From NCBI RefSeq assembly GCF_964188315.1, contig NC_135657.1, positions 56,854,001 through 56,918,000 of the forward strand: a stretch of 64,000 bases of DNA. The letters run 5' to 3'. A program made the position numbers and the translations under genes. Positions 34,833 to 48,904 of this stretch are shown piece after piece (within the stretch, counting starts at the first letter, position 1; every line of letters starts with the position of its first letter). This stretch comes from Podarcis muralis (taxonomy: Eukaryota). Under the pieces are notes generated by a model that saw only the letters and a list, made by a program, of their open reading frames with translations, was not told the origin of the DNA and made no database searches.

Positions 34833-35195
34833 TACGCAGAATTAGATAAATTAACAGGAAGGATCTGAAACTGACAAGATCACAAGTTTACCAAGGACTG
34901 GAGCAAATTTGTGGACTATATGAAAAGCATTTGTGATACGCAAATAACGTTTGTGGGTTTACAGGAAGCTTTGTGAAGAAATAATATTAGAAACACTGTA
35001 AAAAAGGGAATAAGGGAATAGGTTTATTTAAAATAAAAGGCAATGTTAAATTTAGAATTGCGGATAGAAGATTAGAAAACGGAAGATTCGCGGGTGAGCT
35101 GAAGGAAGTCAAAATTACGTATTTGTGATAATATTGAAAATGTATGTTTACCGGTAAATCTTGTATTGAAAATTGAATAAAAATATTTTTTTTTT
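34833..35195 (+). mobile_element. L1-like LINE 3' fragment (ORF2 C-terminus plus 3'UTR)
   Basis: Translates YAELDKLTGRI*N*QDHKFTKDWSKFVDYMKS..L*, resembling squamate L1 ORF2 ends as recalled. Ends near AATAAA. Confidence 0.55.
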
Positions 35196-38100
35196 AAAAA
35201 AGGATAGACCTTAAATGGAAAAAGTTTTAAATACCACTAATCTAATGGCTCCAACAATGCACACTTAAAAGCATATTATTCAACAGTACATATTTGTGTA
35301 ATTCTTACTATAGAATTAAAATAATTATATTGTTTTTAATAGCATGAATTTTAATTTGATTTCAGCTCTGATATGTTGTTGTTGTTGAAGGAATGTTAGC
35401 AGGCTATTGACTACAAAACCTTATCCCCTCAAATGTTTGTCCCAGGATTTTGTCTGCTCAACCCTTTAAAGCCTAGGGGCTTCTCTCAGCTAATGAAAAT
35501 CTACTTTATCTTCTGGCTTTGGTTAAGAAAACTAAGCTTTAAGAAGACCTGTTAAAATCTGTGTTTGCATAACATATTTTGAAAACTACTAAGAGGATTA
35601 AAAAAACAAGCTAAAAATTATAAACCTTAAAGCAGAAAGGTTTATATAAGAGCATATTCAAGTATAAGCTATCACAATGTAGACTAAAATCATCTGCAAT
35701 GGCATATTACTTCCCATGCTAACTGATGATATTCAGGTTGCCATCTAATAAACTGGAAGTATCACATGAATAATATAAATGCATGTGTACACCATCAGTA
35801 TGGCAACTGAAGACAGAACTACAAATGGACATTTTTTCTGGACCTTTTCTGCTTTTTCAAATGAAATAAGCTATTAAAGTTTCTATAAAATTTGTAAGTC
35901 AGAGGAAGCATCTAGAAGTTCTTATAAATCATAATACAGGAAATAAGAAGATCTTGATATGCATGATTTCCTGGTCCAGTGCCTACAGATAGTACAATGG
36001 ATGTAAGCAGACAAACCTGCACCACCCTTTTAGAAGAATGGATTTTGTTAAAACAGAAGAGCCAGGCTTTAGGTACATCATAAGATTTCACATTAGATAC
36101 TATTCCATTCCCTAAATAGCTTGATGTTAGAACTGAAGATAAACAAGGGCAATCCTCTCTCTACATCAGAGGTAAGCAAGTATAGGATTGTAGCCTGATT
36201 CTTATAGAGAGCCAGGGTTCTGATTTGTGGACCATAGCTTTCCCTAGTGTGTGTTTAACACCACCAATTTTAGTGCAGTTATAAGGAAATATCATGGAGA
36301 GAGCACATACGAAAATAACTTCTGAATCCTGACCCCATTTATGTTGAGACAGTTCTTGCACCTACAAATTTAAGAACTGTCCCTCCCAACAGAAACACAT
36401 TTGAAATAATATATACAAAATGTGATATATAAAACAGTGTTCGAAACTCCCATTGTTCTAGGCGCATTTTGCAACAGGGAATTTCATTAGTGCGAGCAGT
36501 TTCTGAGCTCTGGGTGCAGTACTGCACCTAAGATTTCAGATTAAAACTACAGAGTGGAAAGTAAAGAGGACCCTTTTCTGCCTCCCCTGTTCCAGCTACT
36601 CTCTGAAGACTGGAGAAAAGACCCTCTTAGGAATATTTGGGGGGTGGACAGGGAAAAGACTAGACCATATGAAAAATGAACATAATGTTTTGCTGCAGTT
36701 CATTTATTTTCACTTTGTATTCTTATTATAGAAAAGCACACCTAGACAGTCCATTGTTGCACCCATAACCTCGGTTTAAGCTGCCATTTAGTTCCTAGTT
36801 TTCATATCTCAGTTTCTAACACTGATATAAAATGCTCACATACAGCATTTTTGTACTGTCCTTAATGCACCTGTGTGGTTTGAAATAAAATCACACAAAG
36901 TTAAAAACAGTCCCAATACAGAAATGGCTAATAAAAAGCAACAGATTAAAAGCAGGGTTAAAAAAAGAGAGCTGTAGTAGCTCTTACTTGTTCTTAGCCT
37001 TTTAAGCACTTAATCATGCACTTCCAGATACTAGCCAAATCTAGTTCATCATTATTAAACAATATAACCAAAGGCATCTCATTTTTTTCACCAAATATTT
37101 TGCCCTAGCTTTCCATTAGATTTAATTGGTTTTTCTACTTTCATATATATTCCCTAATGAAGATGGAGAGAGATGTCAACTGAAGGCATATCACAAGAGC
37201 TGCAGAGGAAGTGGTGAACTATATGAATGGTTTTCAACTAGAAAACAAAACTAAAAAGAGGGAAATGGATTAAAAATATGAAAAAAAAACAATGTGTGAG
37301 CCTAGTGAGGGGTGAACTCTCCTTCTAAAGGGGTTTACCTTTCTAACATCACAGCTTGTGTCAACAGTGCTCATCACTGAAAGCCAAAGAAAATTTCCTT
37401 GCTCTAGTGAGAATCCTCAAAACCACTTGCCAAACTTCTAATACTCCCCCACCCCCAAAATGCTTATTTACATTACATTATTATTTACAAACAGAGCAAG
37501 CTGGTCGTCATACAGGAAACTAGACTTCTTCCATCCTGTCTGGCATGACCCCAGACCACCTTCCCTTCTCTGCATTTATGGCTAAATTTATCCAGTCTAC
37601 ACTTCTGAACCATTTTCCTCTAGATTTTTAAAGAAACCAAAGAGCTGATAGGAAAACAAACAAAGCTAAAAGGCAAAGCACATGACCCAAACAGACTTTG
37701 GAAAATTAAGACCCCATTAAAGTTTACATAGATATCTGAAAAAAACTATTATATTTTACACCATATTTCTGCTCATTAGGGCTCTCAATAATACAGTCAC
37801 TTAGGTGTTTCTCTCTTCTGCTCATTCTAAAGTGGAGAGAGGAGTGTTGAATCCCATTATCTATAGGGAACCATTATCAAAATTAAGTACAAAAAGAATA
37901 AACAGATCTGAAGCCTGCTTGTCCAGCTACGCTATTTAGGAGTCATGATGGCTTGAGCAGAGTGGCACATCTGGAAGTTTCTTGACCAAGAAGGCACTAT
38001 AAGACTATAGCAAAATTATCTGTGGAAATTACTCAAATAGCCCAGAGCATGAGTCAAAAACAGTTCTGCTTATAAGGGGAAGGGGTTGCTGGTACTATCC

Positions 38101-38240
38101 TGGTATTTAGGAATACAGTTGGAGGAAAGGAAGGGCCCCTGGGGTGAAGATTCCTGTTGAATGCCTCCATTTAATATTTACAAACATACGTGTTAAAAAT
38201 GAAATCAACATACATACTATTAGGTTACCTTCATCATCAA

Positions 38241-38931
38241 CCATATATAAGATGAGGGATACCTAGCTTGCCAGCAGTACATGTAAAAACGATCTAGGGG
38301 TTTTAGTAGACCACAAGCTTAACATGAGTCAATAGTGTGATGCAGCAGCGAAAAAACCTAATGCTAGTCTTGGCTGCATCAACTGAAGTTTAAGGTCCAG
38401 ATCAAAGGAAGTAATAGTACTGCTCTATTCTGCCTTGGTCAGACCAACCCAAGTTCTGGGCACCAAAATTTAAGGAGGACATTGACAAGCTGGAACATGT
38501 GCAGAGGAGGGCAACCAAGATGATCAAGGGTCTGGAAACCAAGTCTTATGAAGGACGGTTAGGGGAGTTGGGCAGGTTTAGCCTGGATAAGAGGAGATGG
38601 GAGAGGAGATATGATAGCCATCTTCGAATATTTCAAGGGCTATCATATGGAAGATGGAGCAAGCTGGTTTTCTCCTGCTCCAGAAGGTAGGACCCAAACC
38701 AGTAAATCAAGTTATGAGAAAGGCGATTCTGACTAAAAATCAGGAAGAACTTTCTGAATGTAAGAGCTGTTTGACAGTGGAATAGACTCCCTCGGAAGGT
38801 GGTGGACTCTCCTTCCTTGGAGGTTTTTAAGCAGAGGTTGGGTGCCCATCTGCCATGGATTCTTGCATTGCAGGGAGTTGGACTAGATGACCCTTGGGGT
38901 CCCTTCCAACGCCACAATCCTCTGATTCTAT
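38241..38931 (+). mobile_element. 5'-truncated CR1 LINE
   Basis: Translation [12 protein letters not shown]...GRLGELG.FSL.KRR, and the CR1 3' end ggactagatgacccttggggtcccttccaac...gattctat. Confidence 0.9.
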
Positions 38932-39360
38932 TATATATAAAAATGCATTATTAAAACATTTTCCAGAGAAGTTCATTATCAGCTTGTTTAAATTTCCATT
39001 TTTTAATGTTAGTAGAACTTGATCTTGCTTATGAATGCAGGGGGATGGCTAAAGGAAACCATATGCTTAGCAGATGTGGTGCAAAACTGCATGCACAGGC
39101 TGCCAATGCTATTTGAGCCAAAGGTTTGCAGCCAATACTATTCCACCATGGGGCCCGTTGCAAGGAGATGTGCCAGTGATAATGCACTGTGCCAGATTGT
39201 GTGGGTGTTTCAAGAAAGGGTAAGAGTCCACCAGAGACTACAATAAGGCCAACAGCATTATTTCAATGTCCACACAAGACTGCTGGGGTGACAAGCTACA
39301 GTTTCCAGTCCATAACCCTATGCATGGCCACAGTTACCACCAAAGGAAAAATGATTTAAT

Positions 39361-39387
39361 AAAAAAAAAAAAAAAAAAAAAAAAAAA
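39361..39387 (+). repeat. Poly(A)27 tract
   Basis: Read directly from the sequence. Confidence 0.9.
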
Positions 39388-39753
39388 CCCCAGAATCCCC
39401 TTACTCCTCTTTATCTTCCAGAAATTGGTAACATGATGATTCCAAGGAACAAGATTACTGTCACAGGAAGCAATGTGACTCATGAGTCAGGACTGGACAA
39501 AAAAATTGTTGCAAGTGTGTTGTGCTAGCTATGAAGTACATCATAAAATTGGATAGTAGCAAAGCCATGATAAATCTGTGATTGTCAGGAAAGAGGGAGG
39601 CCATTTTTACACATTAGGAGGGAAAAGTATAGTAAGGAGATGCACCTTTGCCTTTGTCCGCACTCACCATGAGTTAGCCATGGACAGGGGTGAAGCTAGG
39701 CTTTTTTTCCACCCAGGTCAAAGACCCAGTTTGGCAACCCCCCACGTGCATTT

Positions 39754-39754
<1 letters not shown>

Positions 39755-39796
<42 letters not shown>
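39755..39796. repeat. (CA)21 microsatellite
   Basis: Read directly from the sequence. Confidence 0.95.
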
Positions 39797-39797
<1 letters not shown>

Positions 39798-42700
39798 CCT
39801 CACTGGCATCCCTCTGGAGGCTTCACCTGGGGCAAAAAACCTGTCTAGCCCCCATCCCCTATAGCTGGCTCTGAGCATGGACACTGAAGTGGGAAAGCCA
39901 TTGTGCACAGAACTTTGTGGAATCAGGGTTCCAGGATCTAGTGAAAGTCTACACACAGAGAGGTATACCCATGCAGGCTTCCCTAGCTCAGTGGTCTATG
40001 CTAATGTATGTGTGCTGGGGAATCAGGTGTAGTCATAGGACAGAGGTGTGGTCATGCAGCCCATTTCTACACCATGCCATAAGTAATGTGAGAGGGGGGC
40101 TGGAGTGTTGACTCACTCTGATGGGCTCATTTCTCCACGATGGTTGCAGACAGTTGAAAGGGACTCAAGTGGAGGTTAACACTGGGTAGCTCTTCACTAC
40201 AGGAAAGAGACTGCAGACACACCTTGGGATCATGTGCTCACAGTGTGCAAACCCTTCCTTCCTCAGAGCAAATACCAGCTTTAATCATAGTTAAGTGATA
40301 CATCATAACTGAAAAGGCAGTAAACATCCCAGGGTAGAAGTATAGAAATATAAGCCCCCTCTCCCTGCCTGCTTTAACAGCATAGAGTGCCATAGGAGAA
40401 GCAGCCAGAAAAACGGATGGACGTTCTCTAACTGGAGAAGAACACATTTTTAAAAGAGAAGCATACCAAGTTGCTAAGTTCATATGCTGAACCAAGGAAT
40501 TATGAGGCATATTTCTAACTCACAGCCAGACCTCAGTAATAAGCCTGCAAACTGTAGCTGTTCCCAAAGAACAAATATTGCCCCTTTGACAAATATTTTC
40601 ACATAATCTGTCTTCTTCATGCAGTTGTAGTGCTGCATCCAAAGATCTTTGGCTACTGTACAGTTTTTGCTGCTGGGATGACTTTACTGAAATCACATTA
40701 TTTAGTTGCTAATGCACATTTCCCCCAAACCAGCTAGCACCAGTATATGTAAGCATTTCAAGCAAACACCAGATACCGTGTCTGTGATGTGACCGGTTAC
40801 AAGTGCCACAACTCACCCAGATTTATTGAGTGCATGTCCCTTCAGTTTCCAGAAGGCACAATTGATTGCGAAATCTTCATGCAACCTAGTGCATTCTGAC
40901 TTGATTATGTCTTCCTTGGCTTAGCCTTTTAATCCATAGGCTTGAGAGACAATTTACTGCTATGAACCACACTCTGTTTTCAATGGATTTTTAATACTAT
41001 ATAAACATTTATCTTGAAGGCATGGAGCCCTCCCTTGAAGGACTTCACAGTCTGCATTCAGATTGGTTTTCATTGTACTGTACTTATTTGCTTTAGAAAA
41101 TGCAAACTGCATTTTAAAATGCATAAAATTGTATCTATGCATTTTCAGTTCTAAATGTGTGTTTTTGTGTGTGTGCTGCAAGCTATTGATGCAAAACATT
41201 TTATTGCAGCTGGATATCCATATATTTTCCTTATTAGATCAGTTTATACTAGTTTGCCTTAACTTTAGGCATTTAAGAAATTTAAATTCATAATTATAAA
41301 AGGTCTCTGGCATTTATCATAGACTTAAGGACTATATTTTTGCATTTTTAATGCATTTGCTGTAGCAAGCAGTTTCTTGTGAACCTTCAGGCAGTTGTTC
41401 AAAGACTATGATCAATAATTTGCAAATTAGTCTCTTCTTCAAACACATCAGAAGAAGCAATGTTCTTCTGCCTTTGATTTTCTCTGATCAATGTTTTCAA
41501 CAGAGATCTCTAAAGTGGTGCTCTATCATGAGTTCTTATTGACAACCTGCCAATACCTAGTTGAAAGTCATGCTGAAGCTGCCAATTTTCATGCTTCCAA
41601 TGGGAAATTGAGAGATCAGCACGCTCTCCCTATAATGGCCAAATAAAATGGCATGAAGACTAATTTACAGTAAATCTCTTACTCTGTTGCCTTGAAGCTA
41701 GGTTTGAAATAAAAGATTCTATCCAGGGCTCACACAAAGGTGCTCATGCCTGGGGAATTCTCCACCCTTTCTCCAAAGCTAGGCACATTTTCTGGAGCTA
41801 ACCTACAATAAAAGGGCAGTGGAAAGTGGCCCTAGAACAGCGTGTTTCAGTAACTTGTCAATTAACCAACAACTTCACCAGCTTCCATGAGAGCATCTCA
41901 CCTGGAACATTTTAATGGGTGGAGCTAAAAGGTCCTTGTCCTTATTTTACAATAAGCAACAGCAAATTGTGTTACATGCAATCTGTATTTAGCTGACTTA
42001 GCCCATATTACCTTGAATCTGTTCAAATGAAGGGCAATGATTCATTGGGGAAGAGCATGGCATTTACACATACCCACAGCAGCCCATGCGATGGTACAAT
42101 GCAGACGGCCAAGTCACACTGGGAGAGAACCTGGTTTACTTTTCTATTTCTATTTGTACTTGTAATTTATATTTTCCAAACACTTGACTGTAGGTAACTT
42201 TTTTTTTGTTAAATAAAAGCGAGGAAAGTCTTTTTCCATCTCTCTAGTATTCTGGAATAGCAACAAGTTGTTTTATTAGTTTATCTTGCCAAAAGCTTCC
42301 ATGGCATTTATATTTTACTATGAATAGTTACAATATGTTTCATTTATTTTAATATTTCTAGCAATATCAGAGTTCTCTGGGAGTCTTCATAAGCAAGTAG
42401 AGAGGGATGAGCTGGTAGACACCAAATTCCATGGACTTGCAAAAGTTTGTCATAAAGTCCCTCACTGCAGGTTCCCGAGTAAAGTTTGTAGTTGTTGGGA
42501 AAGAGACAGGTCCTCTTGTAGATCAGCATCTGGATAAAGAAGGAGTAGTAGAGAGCAGGAATGGCCAGTTATCACAATGAAGAGTTGTAAGAAGTGGGGT
42601 CCTGCAAGGACCTGTAGTGGTCATAAATGATCTGGAGTTAGGGATGGATCAGTGAGGCAGCCAAGTCTGCTGAAATCCAAATCACATATACTTCACATAT

Positions 42701-45667
42701 ACACTGTGGGGGTCTGAGTTGGCAGTGACTGACCAGGAGACAGATCTTGATATCATGATATATAAAGATATCAGCTATGATGGTGGTGTACTACCTCCAC
42801 TGTCAGAGCCAGTATGTTTGTGAAGACCTGGGGAATTCCAGATGGATAGCTTCGCGTAGGCATCTGGTTGGCTACTGTGAGAACAGGTTGCTGAATTAAA
42901 AGGTCTGAGACATTAAGAGCTCTTCTTGTGTTTTTATGGATAGCAGATTGATGGTGTTGACCCAGTGTATAATAACTGAGAAGGATGAATCCCATGGAGA
43001 ACATGAGGAAAGGGGTAGAAATTTATAGTGCAAGCACATCAATTTCGGTTCCTGCATCTTGAAAAGGATACTAGAAAGCTGGAAAACATGCAGAAAATGG
43101 CAACAAAAACGACCAAGGGGCAAAGGGCTGGTATTGACTTATAAAGCAGCCTGTTTTAATATCAGTAGCTGGGGGATAGAAAGGCAGACAGCACTTTAGC
43201 TTTTCCCAAAGTCAATTCGAGTAGCAAAGTTGTGCACACACCATGCAGCAGCTGCTTATACTGTATCTGGCTTTGGATAAAAGACTTGCTGGCTTTAAGT
43301 AAAGTCTTGATAAACACAGACATTCACCAAAACACTTAAAACAGCTTATCCAACATTTTGTACAAATTGCTGTTTTCTTTGGAGCAGACTCAAGGCATGA
43401 AGCTATATTTACCCTAAGATTCCAAATGGTCAGTGGAATTTTCCACAAACATTTTCGATATTTCAAAGGCCCAAACCTTGGTACTTTGAGGCAGTAGCAC
43501 ATCACATTTGGTAACATAGTCACTGGTGAGAAGTTTAATCCTTTGTTTCTTACAGAGCACACGGGGCAAGCATAAGGAGACAATGAACATTTTGATAGGT
43601 CAAAAAGCTAAAACACAGCTCTGAAGTTTAAGTTATACCTCAGGGGTGAAGTCAATAAGAATTTCACTTATTAAATTTACATCTTCACATGGGTGCCAAG
43701 AGGTCCATTTGGCTCTAACAAACCAAACAATATCTACAACAACCCAATAAATAATTGCAGTTCTGTATTTTTTTAAAAATCAAGAATAAACCTTTCCTCC
43801 TAGCAGCCATGCTTACAGCTGTCATTTTCAGAAACTAAAAAGACCTGATCTAAACTACTTCCTGTGAATGTTTGAAATAGTTTCATTATCTACTACCAGT
43901 TTCCCATGAAATTTTCATGCTATTATATTGGTGGGCACGTACTCCAACCTGAGCAAGGAGAAGTTCTGAAACTTTGTGTTTTGCCTTCAGTTTTAAACTA
44001 GTGGCTACAAAGTTTCTTTTCCTTGCTGTTTTAAAGTAAGGTATGATTTTATAATTTAGTTGCATTTTGTTTGGTTGTAAATTTTCTATTATTTAAACCC
44101 TGTAAGCTATCCAGAGACCTGTCATTATAGGGTGGCTATAAACATTTGTGTGGAAGACATTACACAGCAAAGGGTGTTGTTACCACTAGAAAGTCCAGTT
44201 CTATGTTACTATGCTTCTCACTACTGAAGAATCGAGTGTTTGGAGCAAGGCTCCCCAATGTTCTTAAGAATAGCAGGGTATGTTCGTTTCAGTAACATTG
44301 CTCACATATAGAACACAGAGAACACAATCAAAAGACCACATGGGCTTACCATATGGGATCGTCTTCAACATACATAAAGCTGTATGAAGCTGGCATGCCA
44401 AGTTAGACTCTTGGATCGTCTAATCAAGTGGGTCCCAGATATTTGGAGCAGAATACAAACAGAAACTAGCACAGCCTCTAGCATTAATACAGCACGACCT
44501 ATTCACTTCCCCTGTCAAAAAGGGCAGGTTGCCATGTTCTGCACCAGCTGCAACCTTGAACCATCTTCAAGGGGAGTGTCACAAAACATGTAGCATAGTG
44601 GCAGCCTTCGTTTTCCTCATAGCTGGTTGAAACAACCAATTCACAACTGGATCCGCTTTAATATATCTTTTGCACTGCAAAGAACATTTGGTTGGAAATC
44701 ACGACCATTGGGGCGGGGGGAAACCCACACCAAAAAAAAAAAAAAAAGCACACACATCTTTACCATTGAGAACAACTGACTTGTTGTAACACATTTTATT
44801 GGCAGCCAGCCAGTACTTTCCTCAAATACAAATAACAGTGTTCTTTGAGGAGGACAACTGTCAAGCAAAGACTGCCAAAAAGGACGATAATCCAAGAAAA
44901 CGATTAGGCCTTTCTATACAAAACAGAAGAAACAGTAAGTGTTTATAATGAGAAAGCTTTCAGTTCACCCAACAATATTTTAGGCCACAGGGCTATCTTA
45001 AAAGATATTTAAATCCACTATGTTGTAGCTGAACATAGTTCTGAAGTTACGCACCATAGGTAACCTCAAAGACTTTAAAACTAGCCTGGAAGGCCTAAAT
45101 GCTACCTAGTTTTTCATTTTCAAGAGAACACTTGAGAGACAGCCAGCACTTGACTCCTACGTCACATGAAAGCAGAGCACATGTAACACTTAGCAAAAGT
45201 CTTGAGGTACAAAGTGTACTAGAAACGTTTCACATTTTCTACAGTGATGTTCCCAAAGACTTTGGCATAAATACGCTTTTCCATACTCTTCTGTCTCTTG
45301 CACATATCAAAGAACATAAACACATGCAAACTGCACACATAATGGAAAGCTATTAATATGCTCTCAGAAAAAGCTCACATTAAAATTCCCTGTCCCAACA
45401 GACTCTTTATAATACATACTGTGACATTCAGAAATATTTACAATGAGTTTGTAATTATTAAGTAGATGGAACACAAGTTTAAAGGAATTGGTGTAACAGG
45501 CCTAACAGAATATCCAGTCAACTAATCTACATTTATTTACTGGCAAACTAGTGTTATACCAAATATAAACTATGATTGTTCATAAGATTCTAGTTTATAA
45601 TTGAAAGAGGTGGAGTAGAGATGGAGAAACAACTGCTATCGGACAAAGCAGAAATGGCAGCAACGCT

Positions 45668-46260
45668 CTAAGAAAACATGTTCTTTCAGGCCAAAGACCA
45701 GCATCCTATTCTCACATTGGCCATCCAGATGCCTGTGGGAAACTCACAAGAAGCATTAGAACACAACAGCACTCTGCCCTCCAGTGGTTTCCAGCAACTG
45801 GCATTCAGAAGCACGACTAACTGTGGAGGCAGAGCACATTTATCATGGCCACAGCTATCCTAGCTCTCTCCTCCATAAATCTGTCAATGCTATTTTGAAA
45901 TTATGCAAGTTTGTGGCCACTACTGCTTCCTGTGGGAGTGAGTTCCATAGTTTAACTATGTGCTGTGTGAATAAGTACAGTGGTTCCTCAGGTTAAGAAC
46001 TTAATTCGTTCTGGGGGTCCGTTCTTAACCTGAAACTGTTCTTAACCTGAGGTACCATTTTAGCTAATGGGGCCTCCCACTGCCACAGCGCCACCACCGC
46101 ACGATTTCTGTTCTCATCAAGAAGCAAAGTTCTTAACGCAAGGTACTATTTCTGGGTTAGCAGAGTCTGTAACCTGAAGCGTCTGTAACCCGAGGTACCA
46201 CTGTACTTTCTTTCATCTGTCCTGAATCTTCCAGTGTTCACCTTTATGCTGAATGTCCAA
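45668..46260 (-). mobile_element. Old CR1-like 3' region, interrupted by the 45978 MITE
   Basis: aggccaaagaccagcatcctattctcacattggccatccagatgcc and gtgagttccatagtttaactatgtgctgtgtg motifs. Related pieces occur at 57968 and 58800. Confidence 0.55.
45978..46203. mobile_element. Tigger-like CAGTGGTACCTC MITE (orientation as 13270)
   Basis: TIRs (one mismatch) and TA TSD. Confidence 0.9.
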
Positions 46261-46445
46261 TAGTTCTAGTGGACAATGAGACATTCAGTTCACTGAAGCC
46301 TGCTAACTTCATTAAGCTATAGTTTGTAATCATAAACAACCATAAACATAATGGGACTCACTTCTGAGTAAATCTATTTAGAATTGCATTGTAAATTTGT
46401 GGTATGTGGCCACAAATTAAGATTCTTCTGTCAAAACATTCTATC

Positions 46446-46446
<1 letters not shown>

Positions 46447-46488
<42 letters not shown>
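46447..46488. repeat. (TCTA)10 microsatellite
   Basis: Read directly from the sequence. Confidence 0.95.
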
Positions 46489-46899
46489 ACATGCACATAC
46501 TGTATTGAATAATGAAAGGAATAAACTACAGAACTGCAGGCAAATGACTATTAATTTTCACTTTTATAAACTCAGATTATTTTTATTTAAATGAGATATT
46601 GATTTACTTCCCTTTTTATGTTCAAGACAGCTTATATCAAAAACACCACAAGATAAAAACAAAACAAAAGCAACTAGAAAAGGCCAAACCACTAAAAACA
46701 TTCAGCCACCAAAAAATTCCATAGCCTCATCAAATCAGCATCCAAAAGCCATTTAAACCTTACAGTCTCAAGGGAAGCCTGGTGTAATTGCAACAAATGG
46801 TCTGCTTCCACGTTACTTGAGAGACCACCTTATCCTTTATATAACTAGTAGTTCACTGTGGTCTGCAAGAGATTTTCTTCTGAGGTTCAAAACTGATCA

Positions 46900-47200
46900 C
46901 AAACTCACTCCACAGTAATACAGAGCAGAGCTTGTAGTGTGGCTGCCCCTGCTCTACAAAACAGTGTTTCTGCCATATGACATAGACATCCACTACCTGC
47001 ACTTTTCAGAAAGAATTGAAGACATTTTGTTCTGGCAAGCTTTCCTGGCTGGAAGCACAGGTCTCTGCCACAGTTGCCTCCTTTTATTGTTTTTCGGTTC
47101 ATTTGCTGTTATTTTCTATGCCGTTTCTAACCTGCTTTTTATTATATTGCGTGCATCACCTTGAAACATATATGTGGAAAGCTACTGATTAATTATTATT
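46900..47200 (+). mobile_element. Decayed L2-like 3' end
   Basis: ttgaagacattttgttctggcaagcttt parallels ctgaaggcagccatgtttagggaaacattt of the 8926 copy. AT-rich tail. Confidence 0.4.
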
Positions 47201-47579
47201 ATCTCCACTGCAACTGAACTGGAATGTTTTACACATAAGCATTTCATTTAAAAAAAAAACTCATTATAACATTTTATGCCTGTTATTAGATTTCTATCTA
47301 AATATTTAGAAATTTTGCAACATGCCAGCATTGAGGTAATTTTCTTTTCCAATAAATTATGTGCATTTCCTGGGCCAAAGTAAGCATATAGTTTAAGGGG
47401 CAGAGTAGCCTAAACATCAACATATCATTAAGAAATGGTCCCCCATGGTAACCACATAATCCTGTGAAGTAGGTTGGGAAGAGAGATAGTAGCCAGCCCA
47501 AGGTGACTCTGGCTGAGTAGGGATTGGAGCATGCGTCTCCTTGCTTCAACTCCCATATTCTAAGAATGGTTTGACTATA

Positions 47580-47791
47580 GAGTGGTACCTCGGGTTACAG
47601 ATCCTTCAGGTTACAGACTCTGCTAACCCAGAAAAAGTACCTCGGGTTAAGAACTTTGCTTCAGGGTGAGGACAGAAATCGTGTGGCGGTGGGAGGCTCC
47701 ATTAGCTAAAGTGGTACCTCAGGTTAAGAACAGTTTCAGGTTAAGAACGGACCTCCAGAACGAATTAAGTTCTTAACCCGAGGTACCACTG
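47580..47791. mobile_element. Tigger-like CAGTGGTACCTC MITE (orientation as 34586)
   Basis: TIRs (first base mutated) and TA TSD. Confidence 0.9.
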
Positions 47792-48029
47792 TATGTCCAG
47801 TTACTATATGTCCTTAGCTGATGTATGGTATAGTAATGCAGCCCAAGTACCACTATGTGTTATTTTAGAAATCACTTGATACTCCATATTCAAAATCTAC
47901 TAAAACAGAGATTGGGATGAGTCAGAGAAATCAAGAAAGTTAAACCACAACTACCCAAATGCTTCTGAACAACTTTGCCTCACTTTAAATGCCAGAGCTA
48001 ACTAATTCATTTCTGACTTAACACATCTA

Positions 48030-48221
48030 CAATGGTACCTCTGGTTACAAACGCTCCTGGTTGCGAATTTTGTCCCAGGATGCGAACAGAAATCTTGTGC
48101 TGGGGCATGCGTGCGTGCAGCGGGAGACTCCATTAGCGAAAGCGCGCCTCAGGTTAAGAACGGTTTCGGGTTAAGAACGGACCTCCAGAACGATTTAAGT
48201 TCGTAACCAGAGGTACCACTG
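48030..48221. mobile_element. Tigger-like MITE, shorter related subfamily
   Basis: CAATGGTACCTCTGGTTAC / GTAACCAGAGGTACCACTG with TA TSD. Confidence 0.88.
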
Positions 48222-48233
48222 TATTTGTACTTA

Positions 48234-48462
48234 CAGTGGTACCTCGGGTTACAGATGATTCAGGTTACAGACTCCGCTAACCCAAAAATAGTACCTCGGA
48301 TTACGAACTTTGCTTCAGGATGAGAACAGAAATTGTGCAGCGGCAGCGCAGCGGCAGCAGCGGGAGGCCTCATTAGCTAAAGTCTTGCTTCAGGTTAAGA
48401 ACAGTTTCAGGTTAAGAATGGACCTCCAGAACGAATTAAGTTCTTAACCCAAGGTACCACTG
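48234..48462. mobile_element. Tigger-like CAGTGGTACCTC MITE, 12 bp from the previous copy
   Basis: TIRs and TA TSD. Confidence 0.9.
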
Positions 48463-48904
48463 TATTTTGAATGGTTATATCCAGCTTTATAGCCTGAGTG
48501 GCTCCCAAAGATTATAAAAATAAAAATCACACCTAAATCTAGTACAGGAACATAAATTATATGGCGTTCACGGAGAAACAGGATTATTCAGGCAGCATTT
48601 TGCATCCTGCTCTTCCAGGCAACTCCTATCAAAGTCTGCTGGCACAAAGGATCTCGTTCAGCAGTCTGGCCTTTCTGGTAGATGCCAGGCGAGAGCTTTC
48701 ACCAAGGGCCTCTGAGAAGGTAGTGGGGCAGAGCCACTTAGCAACAAAATGTGATCAAAAGATAAACATAAAATGTAACATCCAACTCCAGATAAGAGAA
48801 TGTGGAAGTACAATATATCTGCAGAGAGTCTGAAATCTAGCAGAAGCAAAGCTATGAAGTTCAATAGATTGACGTTATGAAAGACTTAAGAATTCAGAAC
48901 TTAC

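Noticed and set aside
39340-39390. Poly(A) tail of a processed pseudogene (AATAAA merging into A27)
   Set aside because: No TSD and no recognisable upstream coding or LINE sequence. Treated as a simple A tract.
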